Positions 26,239-40,843 of a stretch of DNA of 64,000 bases are shown here, in pieces. The stretch comes from Octopus vulgaris (taxonomy: Eukaryota). Both the position numbers and the translations under genes were made by a program. The notes beneath the pieces are model-generated. The model made no database searches. It was not told the origin of the DNA and saw only the letters and a list, made by a program, of their open reading frames with translations. Within the stretch, counting starts at the first letter, position 1, and each line of letters starts with the position of its first letter. Location: positions 21,576,001 to 21,640,000 of the forward strand of contig OX597829.1 in assembly GCA_951406725.2 (NCBI GenBank), in the 5' to 3' direction.

Positions 26239-26639
26239 ATATGAATTATATGTATTGACGAGAAATGGAGCTGCACACTGGGTGACAGCTGTACACAGAT
26301 GCACGCGCACACACGCGCTCCGATGTTAGTTGCTTTAGCCCCAGGACGGCTCTGATTTAGCAGACTTGTCATTGAAGGAATTCTACAGATGAGCATTCTT
26401 CGTTGTTTTGTTTTTTTTTCGACTATTTTTTTCCCGAAGTACATTATCTAAAGTTTTAAAAAAAGACGGGTGGTCATGGATGGAACGCTTTTAAAAATAG
26501 AGAATGGTCGCGTTTGGAACACCTTAAAAAAAAAACGGGATGGTTACGATCGGAACACTTTTGAAAGGCGGGATGATTACGTTCAGAATGCTTTTCTAAT
26601 GCGGATTGGTCACGGTTGGAACACCTTTAGAAAGTTGCA

Positions 26640-26830
26640 CGTTTTCGCGCATCCGCACTACACAGGTGTGCGCCTGCGCGCGCAAATCCACGCATGCGTA
26701 AAGGAATCAGACCTTTTATTTTCAATTTTAAAACTCTTCCTAATTCAGAAGCCCGTACTACAGGATACCTCGGAACGACTCTGTAAAAGCAGCAGTTTGT
26801 ATGAATTTACGGGGGAGGCGACCTTCGCCA
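26640..26830. promoter_or_regulatory. Candidate housekeeping promoter (CpG-rich patch, NRF1-like motifs)
   Basis: TGCGCCTGCGCG at 26669-26680 and ACGCATGCGT at 26690-26699 in an otherwise CpG-poor region, ~1.7 kb upstream of the proposed SYNRG ATG. Confidence 0.45.
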
Positions 26831-27423
26831 GAGGTTCACAAACAGTGCTGAGCGGCACACTGATGCCCTGCAAGGTGTATCTACATGCGCCGCGGATTTC
26901 AAAAATGTAATTTATGATTTAAGAATATCTATGTACTAAATGGTTGAGCGTTTTGAAAAATGTATTGTTCTTAGTTTTGTTGTATACAAATATGATTAAT
27001 AATACAAGGTAAGCAATACTTTAAAAAAAAATTTTTTTCTAAATTTTTGATTTTAAAATAGATTCTTAAAAAAAAAAACTTCACATAAAATAGGTTATTT
27101 AAAAAAAAAAATCCTATGCGTAGAGAGTCGGGAAGGTTTTTAATTTACAAAGTGCGCCAGTATTTTAAATAATGAGCTTATTGCATACAGGTGCATTACA
27201 ACACCTCGAAAATGGTTCACAATGGTGGTGCGGTGGTGCAACAAGCAACACTTAAGTGAAGTAGAGGAAGACAACGATGATAGCCGAAAGTACATACATA
27301 GTACTCTGAGTAAAGCAAAACGCAAAAAAAAAAAACAGACATAGAAGTGAACAGAGGAATATCCATAGGGATTTCCCTATGGATATTCCTCTGTACTGTA
27401 ATGTCAAAAATTGAGAACCACTG
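26829..27423. mobile_element. hAT/Charlie-like non-autonomous element
   Basis: Ends cagaggttcacaa / ttgagaaccactg; similar ends at ~301-316, 32382-32643 and 52165-52765; no clear TSD. Confidence 0.55.
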
Positions 27424-28454
27424 GTTTCATTTTTTTTTACCTGCTAGAAATAATACCTTATTGTCAATCGTAGATATTTAAATGAAAAAATGTAAAGGAA
27501 AAGACGGGAAGATCCTGGATCGAACGTCTTTGATCATATTACAATTGACCTAGGGTTATATTAGAATATATTGTGTCTAAAGGATAAAGTAAACCGTTTT
27601 TGCGTATTTTGTTTTCATATCTGCGTAACTACATTTGCTCCCCACCTCCACCACCAATCAAAAAAAAAAAAAAACAAGAAATATCGTTCGGAATATCTTT
27701 GATAACAATATTGATTTCAAATTTTGGCACAAGACCAACCATTTCGTGGGAGGGATTAAGTCGATTTCATGAACTCCAGTGTTCAACTGGTACTTATTTT
27801 ATCGATCCCGAAAGCCAAAGTGGACCCCAGTGGCATTTTAACACAGAACATACAGTTGGGAGAAATGCCGCTAAGCATTTTGTCCGGTGTGGTAACGATT
27901 CCGTCAGCTCGCCACCTTATTTGACAACACAATATTGATGTTAACATGAAGGACATCTGCAAACTTCAACTAACACATTTTCCTTTAAACGCGATATCTA
28001 TCAGTTTATCTATCTGTCTGTCTATTTATTTTTGAACGGAATAAATTAATTAACTTTTCATAGCTTTTCTAAAGAAAACCCATATCTCCAGATGTCAATA
28101 TAAAATCTAAACTCCGATGATTAGACAAGTACTGGTAGCTTTAAACCTGGATATGTAAAATTTTGTTATCAACGCAATAGTAAAGAGGGGTTGGGGGAGG
28201 GGAAATAAAAATAAAGAAAACCCTTATCTATTTGAAATGATTGTTGAAGCTGATCAAACTACAGCGAAAGCTATTGTTTCAAATAAACAGATAATGATAC
28301 AAATGAGAATTATTACATGTTTAAAGGCGATAAAATAGTAATGAAGGGTAAAAAGATAATTAGAGTATAATTGAAAAGCCCAAGGACTGTAATACGGTGA
28401 GTACGCTGAGTTATCTCCCCGTTTAGTGTATCTCCTAGACTGAAGAAGGCAGTG

Positions 28455-28468
28455 ATGGCAGACAACAG
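28455..28468 (+). CDS. SYNRG: Probable first coding exon of SYNRG (MADNR, phase 2)
   Basis: gcagtgATGGCAGACAACAG|gtagac; its phase-2 end matches the single leading base of the 53967 exon; pyrimidine-rich ...tctcctag acceptor at 28438. Confidence 0.5.
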
Positions 28469-28738
28469 GTAGACAACTTGCTCAATTTATTTTCTTAACG
28501 TTTAATGTTTATTGTAATTACAGTTTTATTGACTTCGCGATCTGAAATAATTTGTTCGTTTTTATGTCCTTCCACTGTATGTTGACAAAGTAATTTTACC
28601 TCTTCTTTTACTGTTCACAGTATTTTTTTCCTTCCAGAGAAAACAGGAAAAACATGCGGCTTGTTCGTTCGAACTGTCTGCTTGTCAATGTCTACTTTGT
28701 TTAGGAGAGGACACGTAAAGCTGCTTGTATTTATTATT

Positions 28739-28769
<31 letters not shown>

Positions 28770-29082
28770 TCCTACTTATGTGCGTTAAGTCTGAGTGTAT
28801 ATATATATATATATACATACACACACACACACATATATGTATACATATATTTATGTATATATATACATATATATTTATGTATATATATACATATATATTT
28901 ATGTATATATATTTTTTTTATATATGTATATGTATATATATATATATTTATATATGTATAAATATATATTTATATATGTATAAATATATATTTATATATG
29001 TATAAATATATATTTATATATGTATAAATATATATTTATATATGTATAAATATATATTTATATATGTATAAATATATATTTA

Positions 29083-29131
<49 letters not shown>

Positions 29132-29436
29132 TTATATATATATTTATATATGTATATATATATTTATATATGTATATATATATGTTTATATATGTATATA
29201 TATATATATATTTATATATGTATATATTTATATATGTTTATATATGTATATATATATATATTTATATATGTATATGTTTATATATGTATATATATATATA
29301 TATTTATATATGTATATGTTTATATATGTATATGTTTATATATGTATATATATATATATATTTATATATGTATATATATATATGTATATATATATATGTA
29401 TATATATATGTATATATATATATGTATATATATATG

Positions 29437-29520
<84 letters not shown>

Positions 29521-30145
29521 ATATATGTATATATATATATTTATATATGTATATATTTATATATGTATATATTTATATATGTATATATTTATATATGTAT
29601 ATATTTATATATGTATATATTTATATATGTATATATTTATATATGTATATATTTATATATGTATATATTTATATATGTATATATTTATATATGTATATAT
29701 TTATATATGTATATATTTATATATGTATATATTTATATATGTATATATTTATATATGTATATATTTATATATGTATATATATATGTATGTATGTATATAT
29801 GTATGTATGTATATATGTATGTATGTATGTATATATATATGTATGTATATATATATGTATGTATATATATATGTATGTATGTATTTATATATGTATGTAT
29901 GTATTTATATATGTATGTATATATTTATATATGTATGTATATATTTATATATGTATGTATATATTTATATATGTATGTATATATTTATATATGTATGTAT
30001 ATATTTATATATGTATGTATATATTTATATATGTATATATATATATGTATATATATATTTATATATATATATTTATGTATGTATATATATTTATGTATGT
30101 ATATATATTTATGTATGTATATATATTTATGTATGTATATATATT

Positions 30146-30176
<31 letters not shown>

Positions 30177-30177
30177 T

Positions 30178-30208
<31 letters not shown>

Positions 30209-30217
30209 TTATGTATG

Positions 30218-30257
<40 letters not shown>

Positions 30258-30540
30258 CAAACAGACACGTTATATGTGGATATATATGAATGTATGTATG
30301 TGTAAGAGTGTATATGTGTGTATTTGTCTGTGTATGAAGTATGCGTATGTCCGCGTATATGTAGTTTGTGGATGTGTGTGTGGTTGCATACATGTATGCG
30401 TTTGTACGTACACAATTCATGTTTTCGAGACTTTGTCTTGGTTATACAGGGACGCGTATAGTCTGCGATCAACACTTTCGTCTGTTTAATGAATATATAA
30501 CACACTCTACTAGAGTTTTGTACGTATGTTTTATATGTGT

Positions 30541-30582
<42 letters not shown>

Positions 30583-31885
30583 GTATGTATGTATGTATAT
30601 ATGTGTGTTTGTATGTGTGAGAGAGAGAGAGACGTGGCTGATCGGTAAGAAGTTTGGTTCTCAACCACATGGTTGTAGGTTCAGTCCCATTGCGTTGCAC
30701 CTTGGACAAGCATTCCCACCCCCCTCATAGTCCCGGGTCGCCTAAAGCCTTGTGAGTGGATTCAGGAGACGGAAACTGAAAGAAGCCCGTTGTGTGTATA
30801 TGTCTGTGTCTCAGTCTGTCTTTGTCCCACGTCAACCGGTGTTGGTTTGTTTCCTTGCCCCCCCCCCCCCCGTGACATTAACGGTTCAGTAAAAAGATAT
30901 CTATAAAATAAGTGTCAGACTTTTGATAAATAAATAAAAAAAATATGAATAAAAGTACTGGAGTCGATTTGTCCGACTAAACCCTTCAGGATGTTACCCC
31001 AGCATGGCCGCATTCGGTGACTGAAACAAGGAAAAGGTTGAAGATAATAGCCTCGTCACACACCCTAACACTGTAAATATTTGCACGTATGTATGAATGT
31101 GGTGAGGATGCGAACATGGAGGAAAAGAAAGCTTGTACTCAGTACTTAAAAACAGAATAGCATAAATATTACGTTAGCAGTTGAAAAGTTCCCCTGTCGT
31201 TTACTCAGGAGTTTCACGGAGAAACGACTAAGGACATTTTCATCAAAGATTGAAACTTAATGTGTTACACACACACACACTGATGAGTTCAGTTTCATCT
31301 TTTCGTGTAGGTTGTTAAGAGTTTTTTGGGGGTTTTTTTTTTTTTTTTTTTTTTTTGCCTGTTCAGAAGTTATACAGGAACCTGCACTTCATAAAGTACC
31401 CTTCTGTCAGCTATTTACCATTTCTCAACGGTGCAAACAATCGACGACGACAACGACAATAATTCCCGTGTCCTACCTATGTTTTAAACACTACTACTAC
31501 AGTTACTGCTACTGCTGTTGTTATTTTTCTCTTTGCCATTGCAGTATAGCAGCCGAAAACTAGGTCTTTGCTGTCATTTTCGCAAAGCCTTGGCAGTTTA
31601 CCTGTTGTTCTGCTCAGGACTCTGTTTTGTAGAATAAAATGTTTCTTTCATCCTCCTCTGTCCTGCCTGTACATATGTGCACTTCATCACTATGCACACG
31701 ACAGTATATATATATATATATATATATATATGAATTAAAAAAATGGAGTTAACGCAGGTGTAATCAAATATTTTTACTTTCGACACATGTTTCGAAAATT
31801 CCACTGTGAGATTTTTGCTGCCCTGGTAACTATTTATTTATTTATTTTCCGTGTTAATTGTTAACAAGGTAAAATACACTCATCT

Positions 31886-31927
<42 letters not shown>

Positions 31928-33317
31928 GTATGTTTGTGTATCCCTCTCTGTCTGTTTGCCTCTCTCTCTCTCTCTTTCCCTATATACATCTCTACATAAA
32001 CACCCGCATACCTTTGTCTTCAGTTAATCACATGTATATAAAACAGTGTGTAGTTTCTAGAATATTTAGTATAATTGTTTTGTTTTGTTTTGTTTTTTGC
32101 AAGTTTAACCTTAACGGACCCTTTCGCTGTATTTTCCTGATACTATTTTCACGTTATTGATTAATGTCCTCACTTGCGTTTCTATAAATAAATTAAGCAA
32201 AAAAAAAAAAAAAAAAAAGCAACCAAGCAAACTCATCAAATAGGTAGCTTTTTTTTTTTTTTCTTTATCGTAATCATTACAACCACCACCAGCAGCATCA
32301 TTATTCTCACAAGTCATCACCACCAGCGACTTTATATGCATTATCACAGGTAGGCAATTATCACCACACCTTCATATAAAACAATGTTTCTCAAACATTT
32401 ATTATTATCTATGGATCCTTTAGATTCCTATTTCTACTCTACTGGATCCTCACACCTTTTCAATGTTTAAGTAAAATCCCATTATATTTTTATAATTAAA
32501 TATTAGGAATTGCATTTGAAAATGTTGAAATCTTGTGTATTGCAGAAATATAACCAATTTATTGCTTATAAACTTTAACCACAGAATCTTATATGAACCT
32601 TCCCCCTCCCTCAAGGGTTTTGGACCCTGGTTGAGAACCACTGGTCTAAAAGAATAAAATAAACAAAAAAAATATATTTATTAGCCCCACCAAAAAGTAG
32701 TTTATCACAAATTATATTATGAAGGTGTTTGTATGTTTATGTTTCTTTCTGTTCCAACACAACTGTTCTTTTAATTAATTAATAATTGTTAAATAATCAT
32801 AAATGTCGATATAGTTTCGGGAACAGAAAAGAGGGGAAATATAACGATTATTGTACTTTCAGACGATATTGATGATGCAAGATAAAGTCAACGATATATA
32901 CATGTACATATGTGTATAATTATCTTCATCGGTTTTAAGTCGTTTTCCCACGCAAGCATGAAATAGCCTAGACGTGTTGATAAAGATTTTTCTCCAGTCC
33001 GAGAAGCTCTTCTTTTCATCAGCTTTCATTTGTTTCTCATGTTTTTCTTTTCTCTCGTCCCCACAAGTCAAAAACTTATGAATCTTTGGGACTTTGGTTT
33101 GTTTGCTTTTGCTCAATGCTGTTAATGAGGTTCGCAGAAACAACACATACATATACTCGCAGGAGTGGCTGTGTGGTAAGTAGCTTGCTAACCAACCACA
33201 TGGTTCCGGGTTCAGTCCCACTGCGTGGCATCTTGGGCAAGTGTCTTCTGCTATAGCCCCGGACCGACCAATGCCTTGTGAGTGGATTTGGTAGACGGAA
33301 ACTGAAAGAAGCCTGTC

Positions 33318-33365
<48 letters not shown>

Positions 33366-35032
33366 CTGTGTTTGTCCCCCTAGCATTGCTTGACAACCGA
33401 TGCTGGTGTGTTTACGTCCCCGTAACTTAGCGGTTCAGCCTAAGAGACCGATAGAATAAGTACTGGGCTTACAAAGAATAAGTCCCGGGGTCGATTTGCT
33501 CGACTAAAGGCGGTGCTCCAGCATGGCCGCAGTCAAATGACTGAAACAAATAAAAGAGTAAAGAGATATCCATCTGTCTGTTTATAAGTATGTGCTGGAA
33601 GAAGTTTCCTTTGCACCACATGGTTCTGGGTTCAGTTCCACTGCTTGGAACTGTAAACAAATGTCTTCTACGATAGCCTCGGTTTCGTACTTTGATATTG
33701 GTCGTTTTTTTTGTTTTTTTTTATAGATAATCTTTGTTGAGCTTAGAAAGCGCTTAGATATTGGTGTATAAGTACATCTTGGGTGGATGGGACGTCCTGT
33801 GGTTTGTGTGTGTGTATTTTCCAGTATATATGCATGATGTAAAACTCTGTATAATAGGATGTAATCAAATGTAAATTTGCTACAAGCACTTTATATATTC
33901 AGCAAAGATGTAAAAGGGATGAGATAAACATACTAGTCTATTGTAAATTTTGGCAAAAATTTTGAGTATGAAGTTATATGAAGAAATCAAAGAACCAGAA
34001 CAAGAACTTTCCCCACAAATAATTAGCAATATATTAAAACTTAATACAACATTAGATAAATGAAGGGGATAATTAGAAAAGGTATTATAGAAATGTTGGA
34101 TTAATTATTAAACAATAGCTGAATTAGTGCCAGAAATATGTGTTAATACACTTTGTATTTGAGTTATAACAATAGTTTCATTAGTGGCAGGCTTGTCTGA
34201 GTTTTTGATATGCTAGAAATAGCAACCAAATGTCCCACAAACCACACCATTTCAATTTTTGGGGAAAAAGAAGAATATAAAGGGAAGATATATTGGCTAA
34301 GGTAATCTTAGCTATATTGTCTGAATGAAAGAAGAGATGGGTGAAACGTATTTCGTCCATCATACATCTGGGTTAAACGACATCAGTTTTATAATGGTTG
34401 TTTCTAAGGCACATGGTCAGCAATTTTGAGGGGTAGGTATTTGTGGGGTACCATCGACAACAATACTTGACTAGTACTTTAGAAAATTGGGCAGTACTGC
34501 ACCTCCTTCCCTGTATACGGCAGAAAGATCAAGAGAGGCGTTGATGAAAAGTGGAGCAATAATAGTGACTAAAAGGGGGCGATGGATGTAACCCCACCCC
34601 CACCCCCTAAAAAATAATGGGTTAATTAGGCTTAGTTTTAATTGTGAAATACTGTTGCTTTGAATTTGCTGCATTTGTCTACTACGCTTGTGGTGTTGAG
34701 TGGGGGTGCTAGGAACATGGATCTAGTGTCAAGGGGGCAGCAGCCCGAAAAAATTTGGGAACCACTGCTTTAGAATATCCACCTCTAAAGGATTAAAAGC
34801 AATGTTGATTTTGGTGGGATTTGAACTCGGAACATAGATGATTCCAAATGATGTACTTAAGATTAAATGTTTAAATTCTAGTCGGGGCCTCACAACTGCC
34901 AGGTGGAGCCTGGTATGTAATAAAGCCATTGAGAGGAGTGCCCCTAAATCATGCACATTTTCCCCTGATGCCCTTTGAAACCTGGTATACAGTATGTAGA
35001 GCTTTCAATTGCACAGATAATCTGTTTGCAAA

Positions 35033-35071
<39 letters not shown>

Positions 35072-36935
35072 TATTAGGGAAGTTATTTCCGAGTCCAAAG
35101 GGGAGAGAATATCAATTTAGTGGTACTAAAATGAATTACTGTATTATATACATATATATATATAGATAGATAGATAGGTTTAAGAGACAGAATAACCCTC
35201 TAGCAACTCAATCTTTGAACAACTTTATCCATGATAGGTACATATAGGACTAAATATTAAAAAATTATCAAAATTAATACCTTCAATTCTTATTCCAAAT
35301 CATATACTTTACATTTTATAGACTACAAATTGGAATAAGAATTGAAGGTATTAAATTTGATAATTTTAATATTGCTGAAAGCAATATCAAGGAATATGTT
35401 GTCATGAAACGCTCATAGTCTATAAAATGTAAAGTATATGATTTGGAATAAGAATTAAAGGTATTAATTTTGATGATTTTTAAAATATTTAGTCCTATAT
35501 GTACCTATCATGGATAATGTCATTCAATGATGATTGCGTTGCTTGAGGGTGATTCTGTCTCTTAAACCTATCTATATATGTATATGATCGTACCACATAA
35601 AAAGCATCCAGTCCACCCTGAAGTGGTTGGCATTTGGAAGGGCATCCAGCAAAGAAAAAACATTTTACTGATGGCCTCTTCTGACCATAGTATGACTACA
35701 AGGTGGAATAAAATATAACAGAGTACCAGAACCTCAGAATTGAATACTGAGAATATAAAGAATATTAATTATGATTAGAGAAATAAGCATTGATATTAGT
35801 GCTATACTATAGCATTAATTAAATGTTATTGTTTAACGAAGGTACTTATAAATGATTACTTGACCTGTTAGAATTAGCAGTAAAAATGATCTTATAATAG
35901 AAGGCTAGGTTTACGATAAACATCTTACTACATTACAGAAAAGAAAGAAATATCTGATAATGATCTTTCTGATATACAATAAGATGAGAATATCGTGGCT
36001 GGAATACTGTTTATCATTGGTCAATTCATTGAGTGCTGACCTTTGAGTAGCAACAACATTACTTTGAATCTCTGGCCTAGTAACAACTCTAGAAATAGGA
36101 GGGGCACATTCAACTATATAGTCCCAGTGTATGATGTCTATCATTATATTCTGGGTATTGAAGGGCACATTTCCTGCTATAAATAAGTTTGTGATAGCAG
36201 GGAGAATTTGGATTCAGAACGAATAGCATAAGATATCTTATTCAGTAGCCTAACAATGCCACCAACCTACCACTTTGTTTGGTGTTTTATTTATTGAATT
36301 ACCCGAAAAGATGAAAGGTAAAGTTGATCTCGGAGTACAGAGGGTGGGAATGATTGCCACAATGCATTCTGTTTGATGCTCCAACAACTCCGCTACTTTG
36401 CCACTTTACAGTTTCTAATAAATGTGACATGTGAAGTATGTGTACTATATAGATATATATGTATATATACATACATTTAACTTAAAACAGACACAGATGT
36501 CGGGCCAGCATGGAAAGTGGAAGTTAAATGATGGTGATAATGATAATATCAAAACATGATACATACTAGGAAAAACATTGCATTTCTTTTTGTGTTTCTG
36601 CATGTGTCTGCTCCCTTAATATAAATATATACATATATATATATAATCATCATTGCATTTATTTTCCATCCTAACATGGGTTGGATGGTTTGGCAAGAAC
36701 AGAGAAGAACCAGAGGGCTCTGACATAAAACCTGCCAGCATAGAAAAAATAATGTTAAATGATGATGATGTTATATATATATATATATATATATATGTAG
36801 AAAACAGGTGTGGTATTCAAAGCTTTATAGAACATACATGTGTTTCAGCCAAATGCCCCACATCTTACTGTAGTGGATTGTGGAGCCCTCTACTGAACCC
36901 GATTTTGGTTGTGTATCACACTTTACTGTGCCTTC

Positions 36936-36992
<57 letters not shown>

Positions 36993-38094
36993 ATTGTTTA
37001 ACATGCTAACATTTTGCCAGCTTGCTGCTTAAAAGCAGCCAGCACACACTGTGATGTTGTAGGCATTGGGAAGGATATTCAAGTATAGAAACCATTGCCA
37101 AAACATACACATGAAGCCTGGGCAGCTCTCCAGCTGGCCGGCTCCTGTGAAACCATCCAAGCCATGCCAGCATGGAGAACAGATATTAAATAATGATGGT
37201 CATGAGTGTTATTGTTTTAATGTCCAACTTACCATGCTTGCATTAGTCGGACAAAATTTATTGAGGGTAGACTTTCTACTACCAGATGCCCTTCCTGTTG
37301 TCAACCTTCACCTGTTTCCAAGCAAAGTAATATTTTCCTATAGCCAGACATATTTTCCCAGAATACCAGAAATGAATGATATTACTTGTATGATAGTGAC
37401 TCTTATTTACAACTATCATGTGATGTCAAGACAAGGAGATACTATCTTACACACACACACACACTATATATATATATATATATATATATATTGGCCTGGT
37501 GCAGCCTTCGGGCTCCCCAGACCCCAGTTGAACCGTCCAACCCATGCTAGCATGGAAAGCGGACGTTAAACAATGATGATGATGATATATATATATATAT
37601 AGATAGATAGATAGATAGATAGATAGATTCAGATGAATATGATACTTAAGTTGAGGCACCAGAATTTAGTATGGTATTATCCATACAATTTCAAAGTAAG
37701 CTGAAGTGAAGACAGCATGTTCTTTGTCTATCTCCTTACCTTCTTGGAGATTTTAGGTAAAATTATACTAATGTGTCCGTCTGTTTTAATTTAATTAAAT
37801 TCTATGTCTTCATGCAGCTAAGGATTGCTCTGCATTTAAATTGATGTAATGGTTGCATTGTTCAATTAAATGGAGTTGCTCGAAACGATTGTACTGCATT
37901 ACCTCTGGATATCCTTGTTGCTTATTTTGATGTATGTATGTGTATATATATGTATGTATATATATATATCTGTTGAGTGTTCAGCTTTTTTGCTGAACAT
38001 CCTGCACAAATGATTTGTTTATAGTGATCAAATGTATGTGATGTACATTAGCTCACTCCTTCAAATTGACAATGCCTGTACAGCTGCAAATATA

Positions 38095-38139
<45 letters not shown>

Positions 38140-38737
38140 ATATATATAGTTCAAATTTATAGAAAATAAAAGATGAAGGCAGGTGATGGAACAACAAACA
38201 GGTGTATTAGCTTGATGCTCAGGAAGAATGGAAAAGTCTTTGATGTTTCAAGCCTATGCTGTATATATACATATACAGAAAATAAAAGAATTTGTGAATG
38301 CAGTAAGACTGTGAGGATAGCTTAAAGAATAGGGTAAATACCCTTTAGATGATGGAAAAGGGATCTATTTCCATCGTCTAAAGAGTATTTATCTGATTCT
38401 CTAAGCTAGTGCTTCTCAAACTATCTGATGTGGTGTACCGGCAGTTTTTTTTCTCTAATGTGCCAGGGACCGGTAATATTAGTAATATCAATTTATACCG
38501 GAAACGATATATATAATGAATATAATAAAAGTTGACTACTTTTTTTTAATATTTATTTTGTAAACAAATAATACAATATTACATAAGCATTTTATGCTTC
38601 TTTCTTTTCTGGAAACTTACCACACACTGGCAGCTGATGGCTCACAGACCGGCACCGGTCCGTGGACCACCACTTTGAGTAGCACTGCTCTAAGCTGTTC
38701 TCACAGCTTATATGTTTGTGTATAATACTTCTTTATG

Positions 38738-38776
<39 letters not shown>

Positions 38777-40574
38777 GAGAAGTATGTAAATGAGATTATA
38801 TACAGGAAAATGCATGAACACATGTAAATGTACATTTAAATATATTCTTTTATTCTCTTACTTGTTTCAGTCGTTTGACTATGGCCATGCTGGAGTACTG
38901 CCTTTAGTTGAACAAATTGATCCCAGGACTTATTCTTTGTAAGCCTAGTACTTATTCTATCGGTCTCTTAAAGTTTCTGTCTACCAAATCCACTCACAAG
39001 GCTTTTGTTGGCTCAACGCTACACTATTTGGTTGTCAGATAAATTCTTTTGTTTTTTTCCATTTATTTTAATGCCTATTTTTCATCAACAAATTTACAAA
39101 TCAGTCAATAATGTATTCTCTTTCATTGTTCACTTCTTGTCAATGCCTTGATGGTAGAATTAGGTCAAACCACATTTTCCATTCTATGTTGTCGAATAAA
39201 ATGCTTTGCAGACTGTTGGAGAAATACTGAAAAAGGTGATAATCAGAAAGTGTTATATGAGGAGAATATGGTGAGTGTGTAGAACTTCCCTACCTGAGCT
39301 CTTGAATGACATTCTTGGTCAAATTAGCAACATATGGGTAAGCATTACCATGTTGAAGAAGCACATCAATGTCACTGGTTGAGTTTCAAATAGATTACCA
39401 CTTAATCTAATGCAACCACTGAATGTAAATCTCTAAATTAAATATCTCATTGTTTTTAAGGATTTTGTAGTGGATTAGCCACCAAATGCAAATCATAGTT
39501 TTACGAAGATGCATCTCTGGTTTGGCTGGAGGTGTTATTTGCTTGTTTAGATTTATCCATTCTTTTTTTTCCATTTCATACTGATGCAAAGACACCATCT
39601 TTCATCACCTGTAATGATACAGTAAAGAAATCTCCATTTGTGTCCAAGTAGACTGGTGTCGAGAGAGCAAACTGGTGGCCATGGAGGAGTGCCAGAGTTC
39701 ATCTCTTTCATTCAGAATGTATGGAATCAATGAACTGAGTTTTTGGACCTGACCCATAGAGTGATGGTGTCAGATGATGGTATCGTGAGAGCACTTCATC
39801 TGTTGTGTCAGTTCCCTATGGATTATGAATAAGCTGGTTCAATCTATCCTCACTTAACTGAACTGGTTGACCAAAAAATGTTGAGTCTGTGAGGTTGAAT
39901 TCCCCTGCTTGAAGTCTGAAAACTATTTCTGTGCAGTTCTTTCAGTAATAGCACTTTCTCTACACACAGCACAAACGTCTCAAGCAGCTTTTGACTGCTT
40001 TTTTAAAATGCCTTGATTGAAAGCAAATGTCAAAAATGTTACATTTTTTTTCTACTTGGCACTTTATCATCATTTGTCTGAAAGGAGGTAAAATTTATTC
40101 AAGTTTTTAAAAATGATAAACAAAAGATGTAGAAAACACTATGACAAAAATATTTTTCTTATTTCAAATAACTTTGGAAAGAAATGAAAGAATTTATCTG
40201 ACAACTCAGTGGAAGGTACTTGTCTATGGTGCCATGCAATGGGACAGAACTCTAAACTGTGTGGCTGGGAGGCCGACTTCTTAACCACACAGCTGTGTCT
40301 GCACGTTATTCTGTGTATATGTGTGTGCATACAAACATACATACTCACCAGTGGCATATGGTGAGTATGCCGTATTGGGTTTCATTAAATTTGCAATTAA
40401 ATTATTGAGTAAGGTTAATATTTATAATGAATTTGCCATTTTTGATGGGTATGCAGCACACACCTAGCACACCTGGAGTATATGCCCCTGATACTCACAC
40501 ACACTTTGGGCAAAGGTCTTCTATAGTCCCAAAGCCTTATGAATGAATTTGATAGATGGGAACTGGAAGAAGCC

Positions 40575-40615
<41 letters not shown>

Positions 40616-40772
40616 TGTGTGACTGTGTTGTAAGAAGCTCAGTTCCCAGCCACATGATTCCAGGTTCACTCCTACTTCACGGCACCTTAGGCAAGTGCCT
40701 TCTACTAAGGCTTCAGGCTGACGAGTGGATTTGGTAGAAAACTGAAAGAAGACCATTGTGTGTGTGTGTATG

Positions 40773-40843
<71 letters not shown>

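Noticed and set aside
26470-26910. 146-aa ORF as a gene
   Set aside because: GTG start; runs across a tandem repeat, the CpG patch and a transposon end; no protein motif.
29064-30489. Longest ORFs in the track (379-467 aa), and similar YI-rich ORFs at 7519-8327 and 21093-21640
   Set aside because: They are translations of TA/TACA microsatellites that lack stop codons.
31300-31620. Possible extra SYNRG exons (several polypyrimidine-AG sites)
   Set aside because: I could not find a donor/acceptor pair giving an open frame compatible with the flanking exons.
32859-33386. 175-aa minus-strand ORF
   Set aside because: The first half is antisense SINE; the remainder has no recognisable motif or convincing splice partners.
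36797-36940. Further hammerhead candidates in TA-flanked blocks (also 38150-38260 and 23290-23340)
   Set aside because: Only a GAAAC half-core is visible on the minus strand; CUGANGA is missing or truncated.
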